Part shown: piece after piece, positions 12,201 through 25,039 of the stretch
Layout: each line of letters opens with the position of its first letter
How positions within the stretch are numbered: position 1 is the first letter of the stretch
NCBI GenBank assembly: GCA_030704615.1
Contig: CM060732.1
Coordinates: 21,762,001 to 21,826,000, forward strand
Reading direction: 5' to 3'
Origin: Takakia lepidozioides
Lineage: Eukaryota > Plantae > Bryophyta
DNA: 64,000 nucleotides
Translations under genes and position numbers: made by a program
Notes under the pieces: generated by a model
Told to the model about the DNA's origin: nothing
The model's database searches: none
Seen by the model: the letters and a program-made list of their open reading frames with translations, nothing else

Positions 12201-15200
12201 TTATTTGCTCAGCCCATACACAATTGGTGTTACGACAAGTACTTCGTGTTCCGTTGGTATTACTGGGGTAGTCCCTGACTGTTCCTGTGTTTCTATATGC
12301 AAATTGTGCCTCAATGGTTTGTCATGGATAGCACTATATCCTTTCAACTTGTTGGCATTGACTCTCCCCAGCATCTCTTTGTTAATGGTTTGTAACATGG
12401 CCGTGTTGTTATCATACATCTTTTGTATGACATAAGGTCCCTTCCATGGTGATTTAAGCTTAGAAGCTTTAATCTTTCCCTTCTTTTGTAACCACAAAAC
12501 CAAATCTCATGTTTTAAAAGTCTTCAACTTCCCTTCATCAAACTGATCCTTCCTTTTCCTCTGAATTCTGGTCATGTTGTCAGATGCATCAACTCGTACT
12601 TCTTCCACATGGTATAATTCATGTTTCCTGACCTTAATCGAATCTTCCAATTCCATTCTTCTTCCCCATTCAGTTCTCATGGTAGCAAAAACTCCACTGG
12701 AAGTAAAGCTTCCATACCATAAACTAATTGGAATGGTGTATACTTAGTGGTGACTTTATATGAAGTCCTGTATGACCACAAAGCTGTCAACAGCTTTGTA
12801 TCCCAATCTGTTCTGTTCACATTGACTATCTTAGCCAAGATAGTACATAGTATTTTGTTGGTAGCATCTGCCTGTCCATTACCTTGTGGGTAATAGGTTG
12901 TGCTCTTCTTATGCACAATCATGAACTCCTTAGTCAAAAGTTCTATAGTCTCATTGATGAAGTGACTTCCTTGGTCACTGATAGGGGACAGCCAAATCTT
13001 GTAAGTATGTTCTCATACAGGAACCTGGCTGTGGACTTAGCTGTGTTGTCCCTCAGAGCTTTAGCTTCCACCCACTTCGTAGTATAATCAGTGGCCGTGA
13101 TTATATACTTGTTCTGTGTATTCTTGGCTGGTGGGTTTATTGGTCCAACAAAATCCAGTCCCCATTTCTGAAATGGTTCAGTAGGCATTGTAGGATGCAA
13201 AGCCATCTTTCCAGATCTCTGCAATGGTCCTAGCCTCTGACGCTCATCACAAGTTTTACAATACTCGTGTACATCCTTGAACAAAGTAGGCCACCAGTAA
13301 CCGGCAAGTAGTATCTTCCTACTGGTGGTCTCTTCTCCAAAATGACCTCCTGCCACTCCTTTATGAACTTCCTCCAAAACTTTATTAACTTCATGGTGGT
13401 ATAAGTATCGCTTCATCACTCCATCTGGTCCTAGCTTATACATTCTGCTCCCTACCATTGTGTAAGGTAGAGCCTTGATAGCAATTCTCTTTCTCTGCTC
13501 CTTTCCATAACTTGGTGGGCACTGACCATGAGCAAGGTAGTATCTGATTGGCCACTGCCAATCTAACCAGTCATCTGCACTTCCCTGCACCTCCACTGCA
13601 AATAGACTCGCATCTGGTAATTGATCATCTACTCCTGTGGCTGGTTCTCCTGTTGATAACCGTGACAAGTGATCCGCCACAAGATGCAGCCTCACAGGCT
13701 TGTAAACAACCTCGAACTCAAACTCGTGCAAGATTATCAACCATCTTGCTATTCTTCCGCTTATCAGAGGTTTATTTACCAAGTATATCAGAGCCTGGTG
13801 ATCCACATAGAACATAAACTTCTTGCCCAACTGGTAATGCCTGAATTTCTTCACTGCATAGATCATTGCCAATGCTTCTCTTTCCGTTGTGCTATAATTT
13901 CTTTCAGCATTGTTCATCAATCGGCTAGCATAGTACACAGGTGAATCTATCCTTTCTGTAACATTTTGGGCTAACACTGCTCCCAGTGCTTCTTCTGAAG
14001 CATCACAGTGAACATGAAATATTTCCTGCCAGTGAGGATTAATCAGCACAGGTGTAGTTGTTACTGACAATGTAAGTTCCTCAAAAGCCTGTTGATATTC
14101 AGGTGTCCATGCAAACACTGCATCTTTCTTCAGAAGTTTGCTCAATGGTGCTGCTATCTGTGCATACCGTCTGATAAATCTTTTGTAATAGCTGGTTTGT
14201 CCCAGGAATCTCCTTAGACTCTTAGCATTTACTGGGGGTGGAGAGGCTTTAATGGCCTCTATCTTTCTGGGATCCACAAGAAGTCCCTTCTTGCACACAA
14301 TGTGTCCCAACAGCACCCCAGAGTTCACACAGAAAGTACACTTCTCTGGATTCAGGCCCAGACCTCTCATCCTGCATCTGGCCAAACATAACTCTAATTT
14401 ATGCAAGTGCTCACTTTTAGAGCTATACACACTGAAATCATCCAAGAACACCTGCACGAAGTCATCCAGATACTCCTGAAAGGATTCACTTATCACTCTC
14501 TGAAAAGTTGCTGGTGCATTACAAAGTCCAAAATGCATGACTTTGTATGCATAAGCACCCCAGTCTGTGATGAAAGCTGTCTTTCCCTGGTCTTCTTCTG
14601 CCACTTGCACTTGATTATATCCACTGAAGCCATCCATGAATGAGTACATCTCATGGCCTGCCACAGTGTCCAATACTGCTTCTGTGAATGGTAAAGGGAA
14701 TGGATCTTTCTTCGTACAAGCATTCAGCTTCTTGTAGTTCACACAAACTCTTAGTTTCCCATTCTTCTTAGGAACTATCACAATGGGTGACAACCAAGTC
14801 GTATACTCTATCGGGTATATAAACTTAGCCTCCGCCAACTTTTTGATCTCTTCTCCAACCTTCTGTGCATAGTTGGGATTCATTCTGTATCTTGCTTGTT
14901 TGATTGGTACTGAACCTGGTCCAGTTCAATTTTATGTTGACAGATCTCAGGTGGTATCCCTTTCAGATCCTCATAGCTCCAAGCAAATACATCTCTGTAT
15001 TTGATGAACAGACTCTTAGCTTCCTCAAAGAATTCTGGCTCCAAATCCGCCCCTACCTTCACCATCCTTGGTTTCTCCTCAGTTCCCACATTTACTTCTC
15101 TCACTTGCTCATCAGCTGTGATTGTCCAACCAGTCACTACTTCATCCTGTAACTTATAGTGGCTGGTTCCTCTAGGATTTCCATCTCTCCCTCCTTTTCT

Positions 15201-15870
15201 TCATAGAAATGTGGTGGGTAACTGCTCGGTTCCCCCTCCATTGGTGTTACTGTCACTACTCCACAACAGATATTTTTTAAATAACTGAGGCCTTCCAATT
15301 GCATCTCTGCAACCTGCTCCCACTCTGGGTGTGCAGCGAACAAGGTAGCTTCCTGCTCCTCATCCAGTCCTTCTTTCCAATCATACTCTCTGACTCCTCT
15401 TGGTCTTTTTGTAGCCGATAGTTTTTTAGATTTCTGAGTGGTGATTTGTATCTTGTGCAACCCATCCTACACAGTTAGTAAATGTGAATTCCAGTCATGG
15501 GATACCCTGGCCTGTTTCAGCCATGGTCGACCCAGCAATAAGGAATAAGCTTCCATGACTTCATCCATTTTTAGTACAGTTACTGTGATCTTAAAGATCA
15601 TCTTTTGAATCTGTATCCTAACTCCTCTTATCAATCCCAATGGCTGAACACTCCTTTGATCTGCCATTGTTACTATAAATGGGCTGGTTTCATGTTATTT
15701 AGACCAAGCTTCTGTCTCAATTGGCCTGTCATGATATTCACTCCAGAGCCTCCATCTATCAGAACATCAGTTAACTCTGTGCTTCCAATTCTCAATTGGA
15801 TTACTGGCATAGAATCATCAAAGTCCATGACCGCTTCTTGCCCTTCTGGCTTCACATTATAACTGGTCAC
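12201..15870 (-). pseudogene. pol: Gypsy pol: aspartic protease, RT, RNase H, integrase with GPY/F tail; frameshifted
   Basis: PR 'VLIDGGSGVNI' (15673-15870). RT 'DGFSGYNQV...FGLCNAPATFQ...FLDDF'. RH 'CDASEEALGAVL...NYSTTEREALA'. IN 'GGHFG..CKTCDE..WGLDFVGP...YYPQGNGQAD'. 'WKGPY'. Confidence 0.95.
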
Positions 15871-15895
15871 CTTGTGTTCAGGCCTGTATTCTCTG

Positions 15896-17577
15896 TCACA
15901 TGGACAATCCTATTGATTGCTTGGTACAGCCTGTGTCTACAATAAGGTGCCACAGCCAATAGTGTCCAATGGTAATTTCCACTTTGGACTGGCATATCAC
16001 TTCAGCCAAAGTCCCTTCCCTACCCTGCACTTCTGTAGCTTCTTTCTTTCCTTCTTCCTCACTGACTTCATCCTCTCTTTCAGAGTCTGAGGAATCTGCC
16101 ATGGGAATATCAGTACTCTTCTGCATTTCCCTTATGGTATCCACCACTTCTTTATGCAGTTCTTTCTCATCTCCCCAAGCCTCATCATCTTCAGGCACAT
16201 CACTGCCATCTTCATTATCATCCACTTCCTCTTCCACTGGAGGTATTAATTTGGCTTTGCTTCTGGTTACTATCATTGTACTTACTTCCGGTACACATGG
16301 CCTAACCATGTGGGCTGCCACTACTGGCCCTCATTCACAGGAGCTCTCATCTCATTCTGGTGTCTGATCCAGAATGGACAAGCCGCCTTGCGATGTCCTG
16401 CCTGATTACAATAGTAACACAGTTCTTCTCCATTGGGTCCTCGCCCTTGGTCTGTTCTGGGATTATTTCTGTAATCCTGATTCCCTGGCTGGTAATTTCC
16501 CCTATAATTACCCTGATAGTGGCCTCTGGGATTTCCTTGGTAATTCCCTCTTGGATTACCTCTCCTTTCCATGCCATTGTTATAACCACCAGGCCTACCA
16601 TAGTGGTCCTGATCATTGTTTCTTCTTGGCTGGGGCTGCACTTGATGCACCCTTACTTGTCTAGGTTCTCTTGCTGCTATCCTTCTATTGTAGTAACAAT
16701 TCTCAGTAGAATGGTTATCCATTTTACAGATAGTGCAGTGTTTCTCCTTCATGTGGCATTCAGTGGTGGTGTGGCCTTCATTCTGGCATTTTGCACACCA
16801 AACACCCTTCCTCCAATGTGTTGCAGCCTCTGTGGCATATTTTTTCAAGATTTCTTCTAATCTTTTCTCATAATTTTCTCTCTTCAACTTTTCCTTCTTT
16901 TTACTCTTCCTCTTCTGTTCCAATTCTTCTTCCTCATCTGACTCATCCTCCGAGTCTTCTTCATCTCTTTTCTCTCTCCTGAGCATTCCCAATTGCTCAA
17001 TTATGTTTGCTGTTTCAAATGCCTCCTCCACTGTATTGTGGGGTAACATGTCCACTTTCTTTTGCAGCTCTGGTCTTAGTCCATTCACAAACCAAGCCTT
17101 CTGTAGCCCTTGTGCTGGTACAGCTGCCAGCTTTTTCATCATCAGCTCCATCTTCTCCATATACTCTTCAACAGTTTCATGCTTCTTTTGCTTCAACTGT
17201 TGTAAACTTCCATACACTTCATCCTCAGTTTTACTGGTCCTGAACCTATTTCGGAACGCTGTACTCAAGCCATTCCAGGTTAGGAAATGATTATCAGGGA
17301 ATCTTGCATACCATTCACTGGCTTTCTTTATAAGTGAACACGGAAACAGTCTCATCTTGGCATCATCGCCATTCTCATTGTTCACTATACACATGTGCTC
17401 GAATTGGCTAATGTGTACATCAGGATCCCCTTTTATCCAGGGATGCACCTCAGATCTTTCACCTCGTGTTTGATCTTCTTCCCCTGCCAAATCCCTTAAT
17501 CTTTCTTGCAAAGAAAAGGAAGGTGTAGTATCCAACTCTAACTCTTCCGGTATGGGTGATGTACTCCCTGATCTCAA
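15896..17577 (-). pseudogene. gag: Gypsy gag with retrotransposon capsid domain and three CCHC zinc knuckles
   Basis: 'LFPCSL...ASEWY...TWNGLSTAFRNRF', 'LKQKKHETVEEY', knuckles CAKCQNEGHTTTEC, CTICKMDNHSTENC and CYYCNQAGHRKAAC. Confidence 0.92.
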
Positions 17578-18302
17578 TGGTGTGAGAGGTCCAGATGATT
17601 CCCCAATGTCTATTCCTCTCTCCCAAATGTATGGATATTAGCTTTCAGATAACTTTCTCTTTTTGCTGAATATCTCTTGAGTCTAGCTTCTCTTTCATCA
17701 CTCATGTCCCATGTCATTCATTTCTTTTAATGTGGCAATGACCAAAACTCCCTTCTGTAGTATCTCTCGTATATGCCTGGGTTTCTCTCAAGCTTCAATG
17801 TTCCTCTGGATATACTAGAAGTCTCCGTTACCATATACCCATATGGTAAACAAGTCTGAAAAGCTGTTCTTGGTGTGAGTTTGATCCACAAGATATCCTT
17901 TGGAATCCAGTTCTTTACCAGTACAAGTTCCTCATGCATATGAGTATAAACATTCACCTTTCTTTCCTCCCAGCTGTCAAACTCTACTCGCTTAATGGAT
18001 AGCAGGGCTATCACATAAACCAGTGTTGGTAACCAACGTGCTCTTCCTCTACAGGCCACCTGATAAATCTTTATCACTCCTCTCTCCAGACCCCATTCCG
18101 GGTCAGCATCATGCACTCTCTCTTTACAACCGTCTGACAATTCCAAGAACCTCTGAAAGAATTGTTTAGACAATCTTTCCTTCTTTGTTCCACAGGGAAT
18201 TTGATTCACATCAAATTCTTTAATTCTCCAACCGCCATGATCCCACCAGATGCCTGTCACATCTAGTTGTTCATTACCCAGTTGCCCAGTATGGTCGCCA
18301 AA

Positions 18303-19158
18303 TGTCACGCGGTTTTTACTCACCCATCCCTTCGCTATCCAAGGAGGAAACTCCAAGATAGAAGAGTTGGATATCTCTAAGCACTCAGCCCGCGTAGAAC
18401 AATCAGTCATGACTTGCAGCTAGTGAATCATGGTTGGGTTTCCAATTTATATTCCTTCTTACTTTCATATTCTCAGTTCTTCTTTACCAAGTACATTTAA
18501 GCGTCAGATTGCTCCTTTGACCCTTTGATTCCATTCATACACAGCTTCACTCAAGTCTCTCTACACAAGGTGTTTGTATCGGATAAGAATCAGATTAATG
18601 ATAATCAGATACATGTTGATGCCACAGTTTCTCTAATCTACCTTTCTATGTAATTCTACAGCTTCTACTAACTAAGTCGCAATTGTCTCCTCCTCCTCTC
18701 TGTAGTATCATCATCATTCCTCTTCTCTCCCCATCTCCCTCCGTCCGTCCCTGTGATGTCCCCCCAGGATTCCCCAAACAGTGATCCCTTTCCAGTCCCC
18801 GCTGGGCTTTAACTTCCTACCCGTTGTTTCTAACCGTTTCCCTCACTAACCGTCATCCGTGAACTAACATGTTCCATTCGCATGTTGTTCCCCGCAGTCG
18901 TTCCCTGTCCTGCTATCCGTTCCCTATGGTCGTGACAGCTGTGTCAAGCTGTGACTGGCTGTGTGAAACTGTGACGGGCTGTGTCGGGCTGTGACTGGTT
19001 GTGTGGCTGTGATGGGCTATGACTGGCTGTGCGGGTTGTGTTGGCTGTGACTAGTCTATGTAAAAAATAAGGGTACCCCTTGGAACCCATAAAAGTGTCT
19101 AAGTCCTCGACCCCATAGAACCCATAAAAGTGCCTAAGTCCCAGACAGTCCTCTAACA
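18303..19158 (-). repeat. 5' LTR (856 bp) with adjacent PBS at 18300-18285
   Basis: TG...CA termini. Homologous to 5373-6434. TGGCGACCATACTGGG follows the LTR after 2 nt on the minus strand. Confidence 0.88.
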
Positions 19159-19169
19159 TACCTCTTATT

Positions 19170-22100
19170 TGTGCGAGGTGTGTGCTGCTTCCACAGGGAA
19201 TTGTAGGCGATCTGGAGCTTGAAATCCGGCCCTCTTGGATGAATCTGGACCCACACTACTCCCTGCTCCTTCAGCTATCCATGCGCCTTGATGCTAGCAG
19301 CTGACAATAACACTCTAGAATTGTTCCAGCAAACACCCCAACCCTACTTATCACACTAGTTCCTATGCTGAGTTGCGTCTGCTTCCAATAGGCATTCACC
19401 TTTTTGCCTGGATTGTTCCACCATTGACTGGGGTCGGAACCGTATTCATTCCAGAGCTTCTCCACATCTCTATTATCTGTTTTTCGATACTTTCATGTTG
19501 ACTACATTGGCAGTAACATGTCAAAATCACTCCAACACCACCATAGATCCACCAACGAGTTAACTTGTAGAATTCAACATGACAATTTAGGGACGACTCT
19601 GATAGCAGGGGAAAACAGGGTGAAATATGTTGAAGAAGTTACCTGCATTAGCAGTGGGCCTTGTTCTATCAATTGTGCTGCTGCCATTGCTATTTCCAGT
19701 TGACCATCTACCCACTTGTAGCCGTTGTGCTATTGAAGAAGGTGCCCCCCCTTCCCCCATCATTTGATCATAGGTCTCCAAAGCCTCCATACCATGTCCC
19801 TGCTGTGCATACCCTGCAAGCATCGCGTTCCATGACACCACATTTGGTTCAGCCATAGTGTTGAAAACTCCCTTTGCATCCTTAATGCACCCACATTTGG
19901 CATAGACGTCCACCAGGGGAGTGTTCAGGATGACATCTGGTACAATTCCAGCTTTGACAATGTCACCATGGACCTCTTTCCTCTTTTCCAGAGGTCCCAA
20001 GCTTGCACACTCATTGCAAACATGCGGAAGCGTGATGTGGTTGGGCTTCACCCCTTTGCGCAACATTTGCTCATGGGTCGCCAAAGCATTCCTACCACAC
20101 CCATGTTTGGTAAATCCTGCAACATTATATTCCACATTATCAAAGATCGCTGAGGCATTCTGTAGAAATGTTGGCGAGCATCCATGATGCTCCTACACTT
20201 AACATACATGTTGACAAGGGTGTTGAGTAGAAAAAACATTTGGCATGAATCCACTTTGGATAATGTGAGTGTGCACCTGATTCCAGCTTCCAGACCTAGA
20301 GTCTTTGTCAGTCTGTCTATCTCACAAAGCATCTTCACATGCCCCGCAGAAAAGGCATTGTGGACTCCGTCTCTTGATCCTCTTTCAGAAGCTGCGATCA
20401 TGGTTGAGGACGTGCCTGATTTTATCAACTGTGCCGCTGCAGCTATTGCCTTTAGTTGACCATCTACCCATTTAGGTTTCTTATAGCTATTGATCCACAT
20501 GGAATCAAAGGTAATCTGGAGCTTGAAGTCCGGCCCTCTTGGATGAATCTGGACCCACACTCTATCCCTTCTCCTTCAGCTATCCATGCCTTTGCACAAA
20601 TCATGCATTCATCTTTGCCCTTGCTGCTAGCAGCTGCCAATGACAACCTAGGAAACACCCAATCACACTAGTTCCTATGCTGAATTGCATCTGCTACTCT
20701 CTATCATCTAATAGGCATTCAACTTTTTGCCTCGGTTGTTCCACCATTCACTGGGGTCAACAAAGTATTCATTCCACACCTTCTCCTCATCTCTGTTATC
20801 TGTTTTGGATACTTTCCTGCTGCCACATCGGCAGTTACTTGTCATAGTCATTCTAAACCACCACAGATCCACCCAACGAGCTAACTTACAGAATTCAATA
20901 TGCATCTAAGGGCCGAGTCTGATGAGAGGGCAAAACAGGCTGAAATAGGTCGAGGAAGAAGGTGCCCTCACCACATTGTCCTTGATAATTCAATATGTAA
21001 ATTCAGGGCCGAGTCTGATGTGAGGGAAAAACAGGCTGAAATAGGTCGAAGAAGAAGGTGCCCTCACCACATTCTCCAAGGCCTCCATACCACGCCCTTA
21101 CTGTGCACACCCTGCAAGCATCGTGTTCCACGTGATGAAAGATCGTTGAGGCCTTCTGTTGAACACTTGGTGAGCATCCATGATGCTCCCGCACATAACA
21201 TACATGTTGACAAGGGTGTTGAGTAAAAAAATATTTGGCGTGCACTTTGGATAATGTGAGTGTGCACCTGCTTTCTAGCTTCACTTGGCCTTTCATCTTT
21301 GATGCACTTATGCAAGAGACACATACGTATCTGAATCTGTTGAAATGCCTCCTTGGTTTAAAGTCAGTAGAGCCTCTTTCAGTCTGTCTACCTCACAAAG
21401 CATCTTCCCATACCCATAAGTGCCAGAAGAGGCATTGTGGACTCCCTCTCTTGATCCTCTTCCAGCAGTTGTGGTCATGGTTGAGGTGCCTGACTTTATC
21501 AACTGTGTTGCCTGCCTGCAGCTGCTGCCTTTGGCGATGCAACCATGCACCTCTTTGCATCTGGTAATCTGACATGCATTCACCTTGGTACGATTCCAGC
21601 TCTGAAGAAGATTGACATTTGGCACAATTCCAGCTTTGATGATATCCCCATGCACCTCTTGCCCTTCTCCAGGCCGACAGCGAGGCTTGCAGAAGCATTG
21701 CAAATGCTCACAAACATGATGTTCTTCCCCCATCATTTGCTTATAGCTCTCCAAATCCTCCATCCCACGTCTCTGCCGTGCATACCCTGCAAGCATCGCA
21801 CTCCAGAACACCACATCTCGTTCAGCCATAGTGTCGAACACTCCCTTTGCATCCTAGATGCACCCACATTTTGAAAACATGTTCACCAGGGTATTGTTCA
21901 GAATGACATCTGGTACAATTCCAACTCTGAAGATGTCGCCATGGACCTCTTTCCCCTTTTCCAAAACTGCTAGGGCAGTGTTCAGATTGACATTTGGCAC
22001 AATTCCAGCTTTGATGATATCCCCATGCACCTCTTGCCCTTCTCAAGGGCTGCTAGGCTTGCACAAGCATTGCAAATGCACACAAACATGATGTGCTTCC

Positions 22101-23800
22101 CCCATCCTTTGCTCATAGGTCTCCAAAGCCTCCATCCCACGTCCTTGCTGTGCATATCTTGCCAGCATCGCACTCCACGACACCACATCTCGTCAGCCAT
22201 AGTGTCGAACACTCCCTTTGCATCCTAGATCCTAGATCCTAGATCCCTTTGCACAAGCTGCCAGGGCAGTGTTCATAATGACATTTGGTACAATTCCAGC
22301 TTTGATGGTACCCAATGCACCGCTTTGCCCTTGTCCAGGGCTCAATGTACCCACATTTTGCATACATGTCCACCAGGATATGGTTCAGAATAACATTTGG
22401 TACAATTCCAGCTTTGATGATACCCCATGCACCTCTTTGCCCTCGTCCAGGCTCGATGCACCCACATTTCGCAGACATGACCACCAGGGTATGGTTCAGA
22501 CTGACATTTGGTACAATTCCAGCTCTAAAGATGTCGCCATGGACCTCTTTCCCCTTTTCCAGAGCTGCGAGGGCAGTGTTCAGAATGACATTTGGTACAA
22601 TTCCAGCTTTGATGATATCCCCATGCACCTCTTTGCCCTTGTCCAGGGCTGCCAGGCTTGCACAAGCATTGCATATGCACACAAAAGTGGCCGGGCTTCA
22701 CCCCCTCCCCCATCATTGGATCATAGGTCTCCAAAGCCTCCATCCCACGTCTCTATTGTGCATACCCTGCAAGCATCGCACTCCACAACACCACATCTCG
22801 TTCAGCCATAGTGTCAAAAACTCTCTTTGCATCCTCAATGCATCCACATTTGGCATACATGTCCAGGTCAGGGCAGTGTTCAGAATGACATCTGGTGCAA
22901 TTCCAGCTTTGACCGATGTCACCATGGACCTCGTTCCCCTTTTCCAGGCTTGCACACGCATTGCAAACACATACAAATGCGATGTGGTTGGGCTTCACCC
23001 CTTCGCGCATCATTTGCTCAAGGTCTCCAAAGCATTCGTACCACGCCCATGCTTGGTAATTCTGCCAACATTATATTCCACGTGATCAAAGATCGTTGAG
23101 GCATTCTGTGTTGAACACTTGGTGATCATCCATGATGCTCCCCTTAACATACATGTTGACAAGGTTGTTGAGTAGAAAAACGTTCGGCGTGAATCCACTT
23201 TGGACAATGTGACGCACTTGCTTTCCAACTTCTAGGCCTTTCATCTTGATGCACTTATGCAAGAGACACACATACGTATCTACATCTGCTAAAATGCCTC
23301 TTTCAGTTTGCCTGCCTCATAAAGCATCTTCACATGCCCATAAGTGCCAGAAGAGGCATTGTGGACTCCCTCTCTTGATCCTCTTCCAGAAGCTGTGGTC
23401 ATGGTTGAGGTGCCTGATTTTATCAACTGTGTCGCTACAGCTGCCGCTTCCAGCTAACCATCTACCCATGGAGGTAAATTCTTGTAGCTATCCTTCCATA
23501 GGGATCCATAGGTAATTTGGAGCTTGAAATCCGACCCTCTTGGATGAATATGGACCCACACTCTATCCTGCTCCTTCAGCTATCACTGCCTCTGCACAAA
23601 TCATGCATACATCCTTGCCTTGTTGCCAATGCGATCATCGCACTCCACGACACCACATCTCGTTGAGCCACAGTCGAACACTCCCTTTGCATCTTCAATG
23701 ATCCCGCATTCGGCATACATGTCCACCAGGGCGGTGTTCCTACAATTCCAGCTTTCACGATGTCACCATGGACCTTCCATGTCACTTCCAGGTGGAGGCA
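19170..23800 (-). pseudogene. Scrambled, tandemly duplicated fragments of a PLS-class PPR gene with N-terminal OSB-type PDF motifs (CACTA cargo)
   Basis: Repeated 'GKEVHGDIVKAGIVPDVILNTALVDMYAKCGCIEDAKRVFDTMAERDVVSWNAMLAGYAQ'. Also 'EKVWNEYFVDPSEWWNNRGKK' and 'HPRGPDFKLQITFDSMWINSYKKPKWVDGQL'. Many frameshifts. Confidence 0.85.
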
Positions 23801-24296
23801 GTACATATTAAAATATCTATTCCCCCAAGGCCACATATTCTTTACCTGTTTTTGTGAAACACACGTCAGCAAATGTGGCCCCGAATCACGGGTGCAATCA
23901 ATGCGCAGTGGTTCACGGAGTCGTTGAGTCGACTACATATTCACTTTAATGAATAAATATCTTTATTCCATTAATCAAATTATGAATGAAAATTTCTAGT
24001 CGCATGTGCAGTAATTAGAACCACTTGTAATTTCTGCTTTTTCAAATTTGATGTATTTACGCAATTAATTTAATAGCCCGGATTTTTGCTACGACTCCGG
24101 AGTCGTTGACCCCACTTCTGCCCGCCGTCTGAAATGCCCCCGTGGGCCCACATTGTCCGTTTCGACTCTCTAGTAGTCCCACTTACTTCCAAGTGGTTCC
24201 CGGAGTAGTTGGCGGACACCCAGTCGATTCGGAAAAGACACGAATGCTTCTAGTGGTTAGTAAGTGGGGAAAGCGTGAGAAAACGGTTTAAGGACC

Positions 24297-24652
24297 TGTC
24301 AAGTTAAATAAGCACAGTGTGAAAACAGCTAGAATAAAACTAGTTATTTGTATTTAACACTTGGATTTAGGTCAAGTGTTAAATCAGGTGTCAAGTTTAG
24401 TTTGACACCTGGTCCGTCTTATCTTCACGAGAGCGGCAGTCGCGCGGCTCATCTCTCTCGAGTTGAGCCTGCGCGACCGAGCTCCTTCATTCTTGAGATC
24501 TGAGTGTGCTTATGATGGGAGTGTAGGTCGTTGTGGGGTGGAGTCCCCATAGCTTGGGGTGCCCCTGGCTCGACTATTATTTCAAAGAGTGATGTTGAGG
24601 GATTTCATATTTCTGGTGTTGAGAGTGTGTGTCCTTTCAAGCTTTCTTATCA
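24297..24652 (+). repeat. LTR segment A1 (356 bp)
   Basis: Matches 35738-36093 with 2 mismatches by eye. Contains hairpins TTTAACACTTG..CAAGTGTTAAA and CAGGTGTCAA..TTGACACCTG. Confidence 0.95.
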
Positions 24653-24668
24653 CTCGAGAGAGATGAGC
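24652..24668 (+). promoter_or_regulatory. Self-priming primer-binding site complementary to an LTR-internal sequence
   Basis: ACTCGAGAGAGATGAGC is the exact reverse complement of GCTCATCTCTCTCGAGT at 24447-24463. No TGG tRNA-type PBS follows the LTR. Confidence 0.8.
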
Positions 24669-25039
24669 TCTATCTAGTTTTCCAGTGCTAAGCTAGATAT
24701 GATGTTTTGTTTTTTTAAGCACTATTATAATATAAATGGTGTGTGTGATGTCAGGGCCCATAGAGCCTGCGGTGAATGGGAGTTCAAGTAGAGCCAGTGG
24801 CTGACATGGAGTATCTCGAACTCGCCCTGGAGCACTTTCATTGCTGTGAAGCTAGAGGTAGTGATGCGGAGCTGAGGAGGTGAAGTGGGTGTGAGCTGGG
24901 CGCTCTTCCAAGCCACGGTTTTGCCGTCCGTCCGGACTACAGGGGATCGAAGAAAGGCTGCGCTGCTGACTGCTTGGGTGGATGAGAGCCGTGCACCGCC
25001 GTAGGCAGGAAGGCAGCGGTGCTTATGGTGACGGACGCT

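Larger units (their letters stand above)
5373..19158 (-). mobile_element. Ty3/gypsy LTR retrotransposon (non-chromovirus, with a long extra 3' ORF)
   Basis: Near-identical LTR copies starting TGTCA at 5373 and 18303, element ending ...CTAACA at 19158. Flanks GACCT/TACCT (5-bp TSD, 1 mismatch). PBS TGGCGACC at 18300-18293. Order gag-PR-RT-RH-IN on the minus strand. Confidence 0.92.
5038..24255. mobile_element. Non-autonomous Pack-CACTA element carrying PDF/PPR gene fragments, with a nested LTR retrotransposon
   Basis: Perfect 19-bp TIRs CACTAGAAGCATTCGTGTC (5038-5056) / GACACGAATGCTTCTAGTG (24237-24255). 3-bp TSD GTT (5035-5037, 24256-24258). Subterminal ACGACTC..GAGTCGT palindromes at ~5074 and ~24091. 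No CACTA transposase seen. Confidence 0.9.

Noticed and set aside
11944-12271. Cys-rich or Ser-rich repeat proteins
   Set aside because: These are spurious translations of the CTGTG minisatellite.
18931-18946. Internal CGTGACA-GC-TGTG site in the first gypsy LTR as a second example of an internal att site
   Set aside because: The palindrome is imperfect, and this element has conventional ends at 5373 and 19158 with a 5-bp TSD.
19170-23800. Functional host PPR gene
   Set aside because: It consists of short, frameshifted, re-duplicated fragments enclosed by CACTA TIRs, and no E/DYW end was seen.
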